Part shown: one piece after another, positions 63,944 to 64,000 of the stretch
Layout: the number at the start of each line of letters is the position of its first letter
How positions within the stretch are numbered: position 1 is the stretch's first letter
Assembly: GCA_023205875.1 (NCBI GenBank)
Contig: CP060758.1
Coordinates: 310,001-374,000 of the forward strand
Source of the DNA: Chloropicon primus
Lineage: Eukaryota
DNA: 64,000 nt
Reading direction: 5' to 3'
Position numbers and translations under genes: made by a program
Notes under the pieces: generated by a model
What the model was told of the DNA's origin: nothing
Seen by the model: only the letters and a program-made list of their open reading frames with translations
Databases searched by the model: none

Positions 63944-64000
63944 GTTCGGTTTGGCACCCTCGCTCCTGAAACGCGGAGTGGAGGAAGATCAAAATTGGAG

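Overview
Eukaryotic, GC-rich, gene-dense nuclear DNA with short GT-AG introns and plastid-type proteins (LIL3, RimM, Era). It reads as a compact green-algal genome; Chloropicon-like is my inference and is not verified. About 30 host genes are recognisable. The standout is a mobile island at ~34.17-38.43 kb. It holds an intact 746-aa Fanzor2-type (eukaryotic TnpB-derived, RNA-guided nuclease) ORF on the minus strand, with a rearranged RuvC triad, a zinc finger and an N-terminal tandem NLS-like array. Downstream of it lies a strongly base-paired ~260-nt non-coding tail (candidate omegaRNA). The island also has an exact 75-bp direct repeat (34170-34244 and 37899-37973), a frameshifted ankyrin-repeat pseudogene and a small hairpin-repeat array. 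Other notable items: a spliced SelM/Sep15-family selenoprotein (in-frame TGA in CGGU, 16-nt micro-exon, SECIS element) that the ORF track misses; two HCN-like channel paralogs (CIGYG filter) with no cyclic-nucleotide-binding domain; probable pseudoenzymes (JmjC, PNPase, RUNKEL/ULK4); flagellar genes (NDK5/RSP23-like, TEX47/MOT7-like); an AT-rich island at ~46.2-47.5 kb; and a recurring CCTTAATCAA intergenic motif. Family calls come from motif recognition by eye, and no database search was run.
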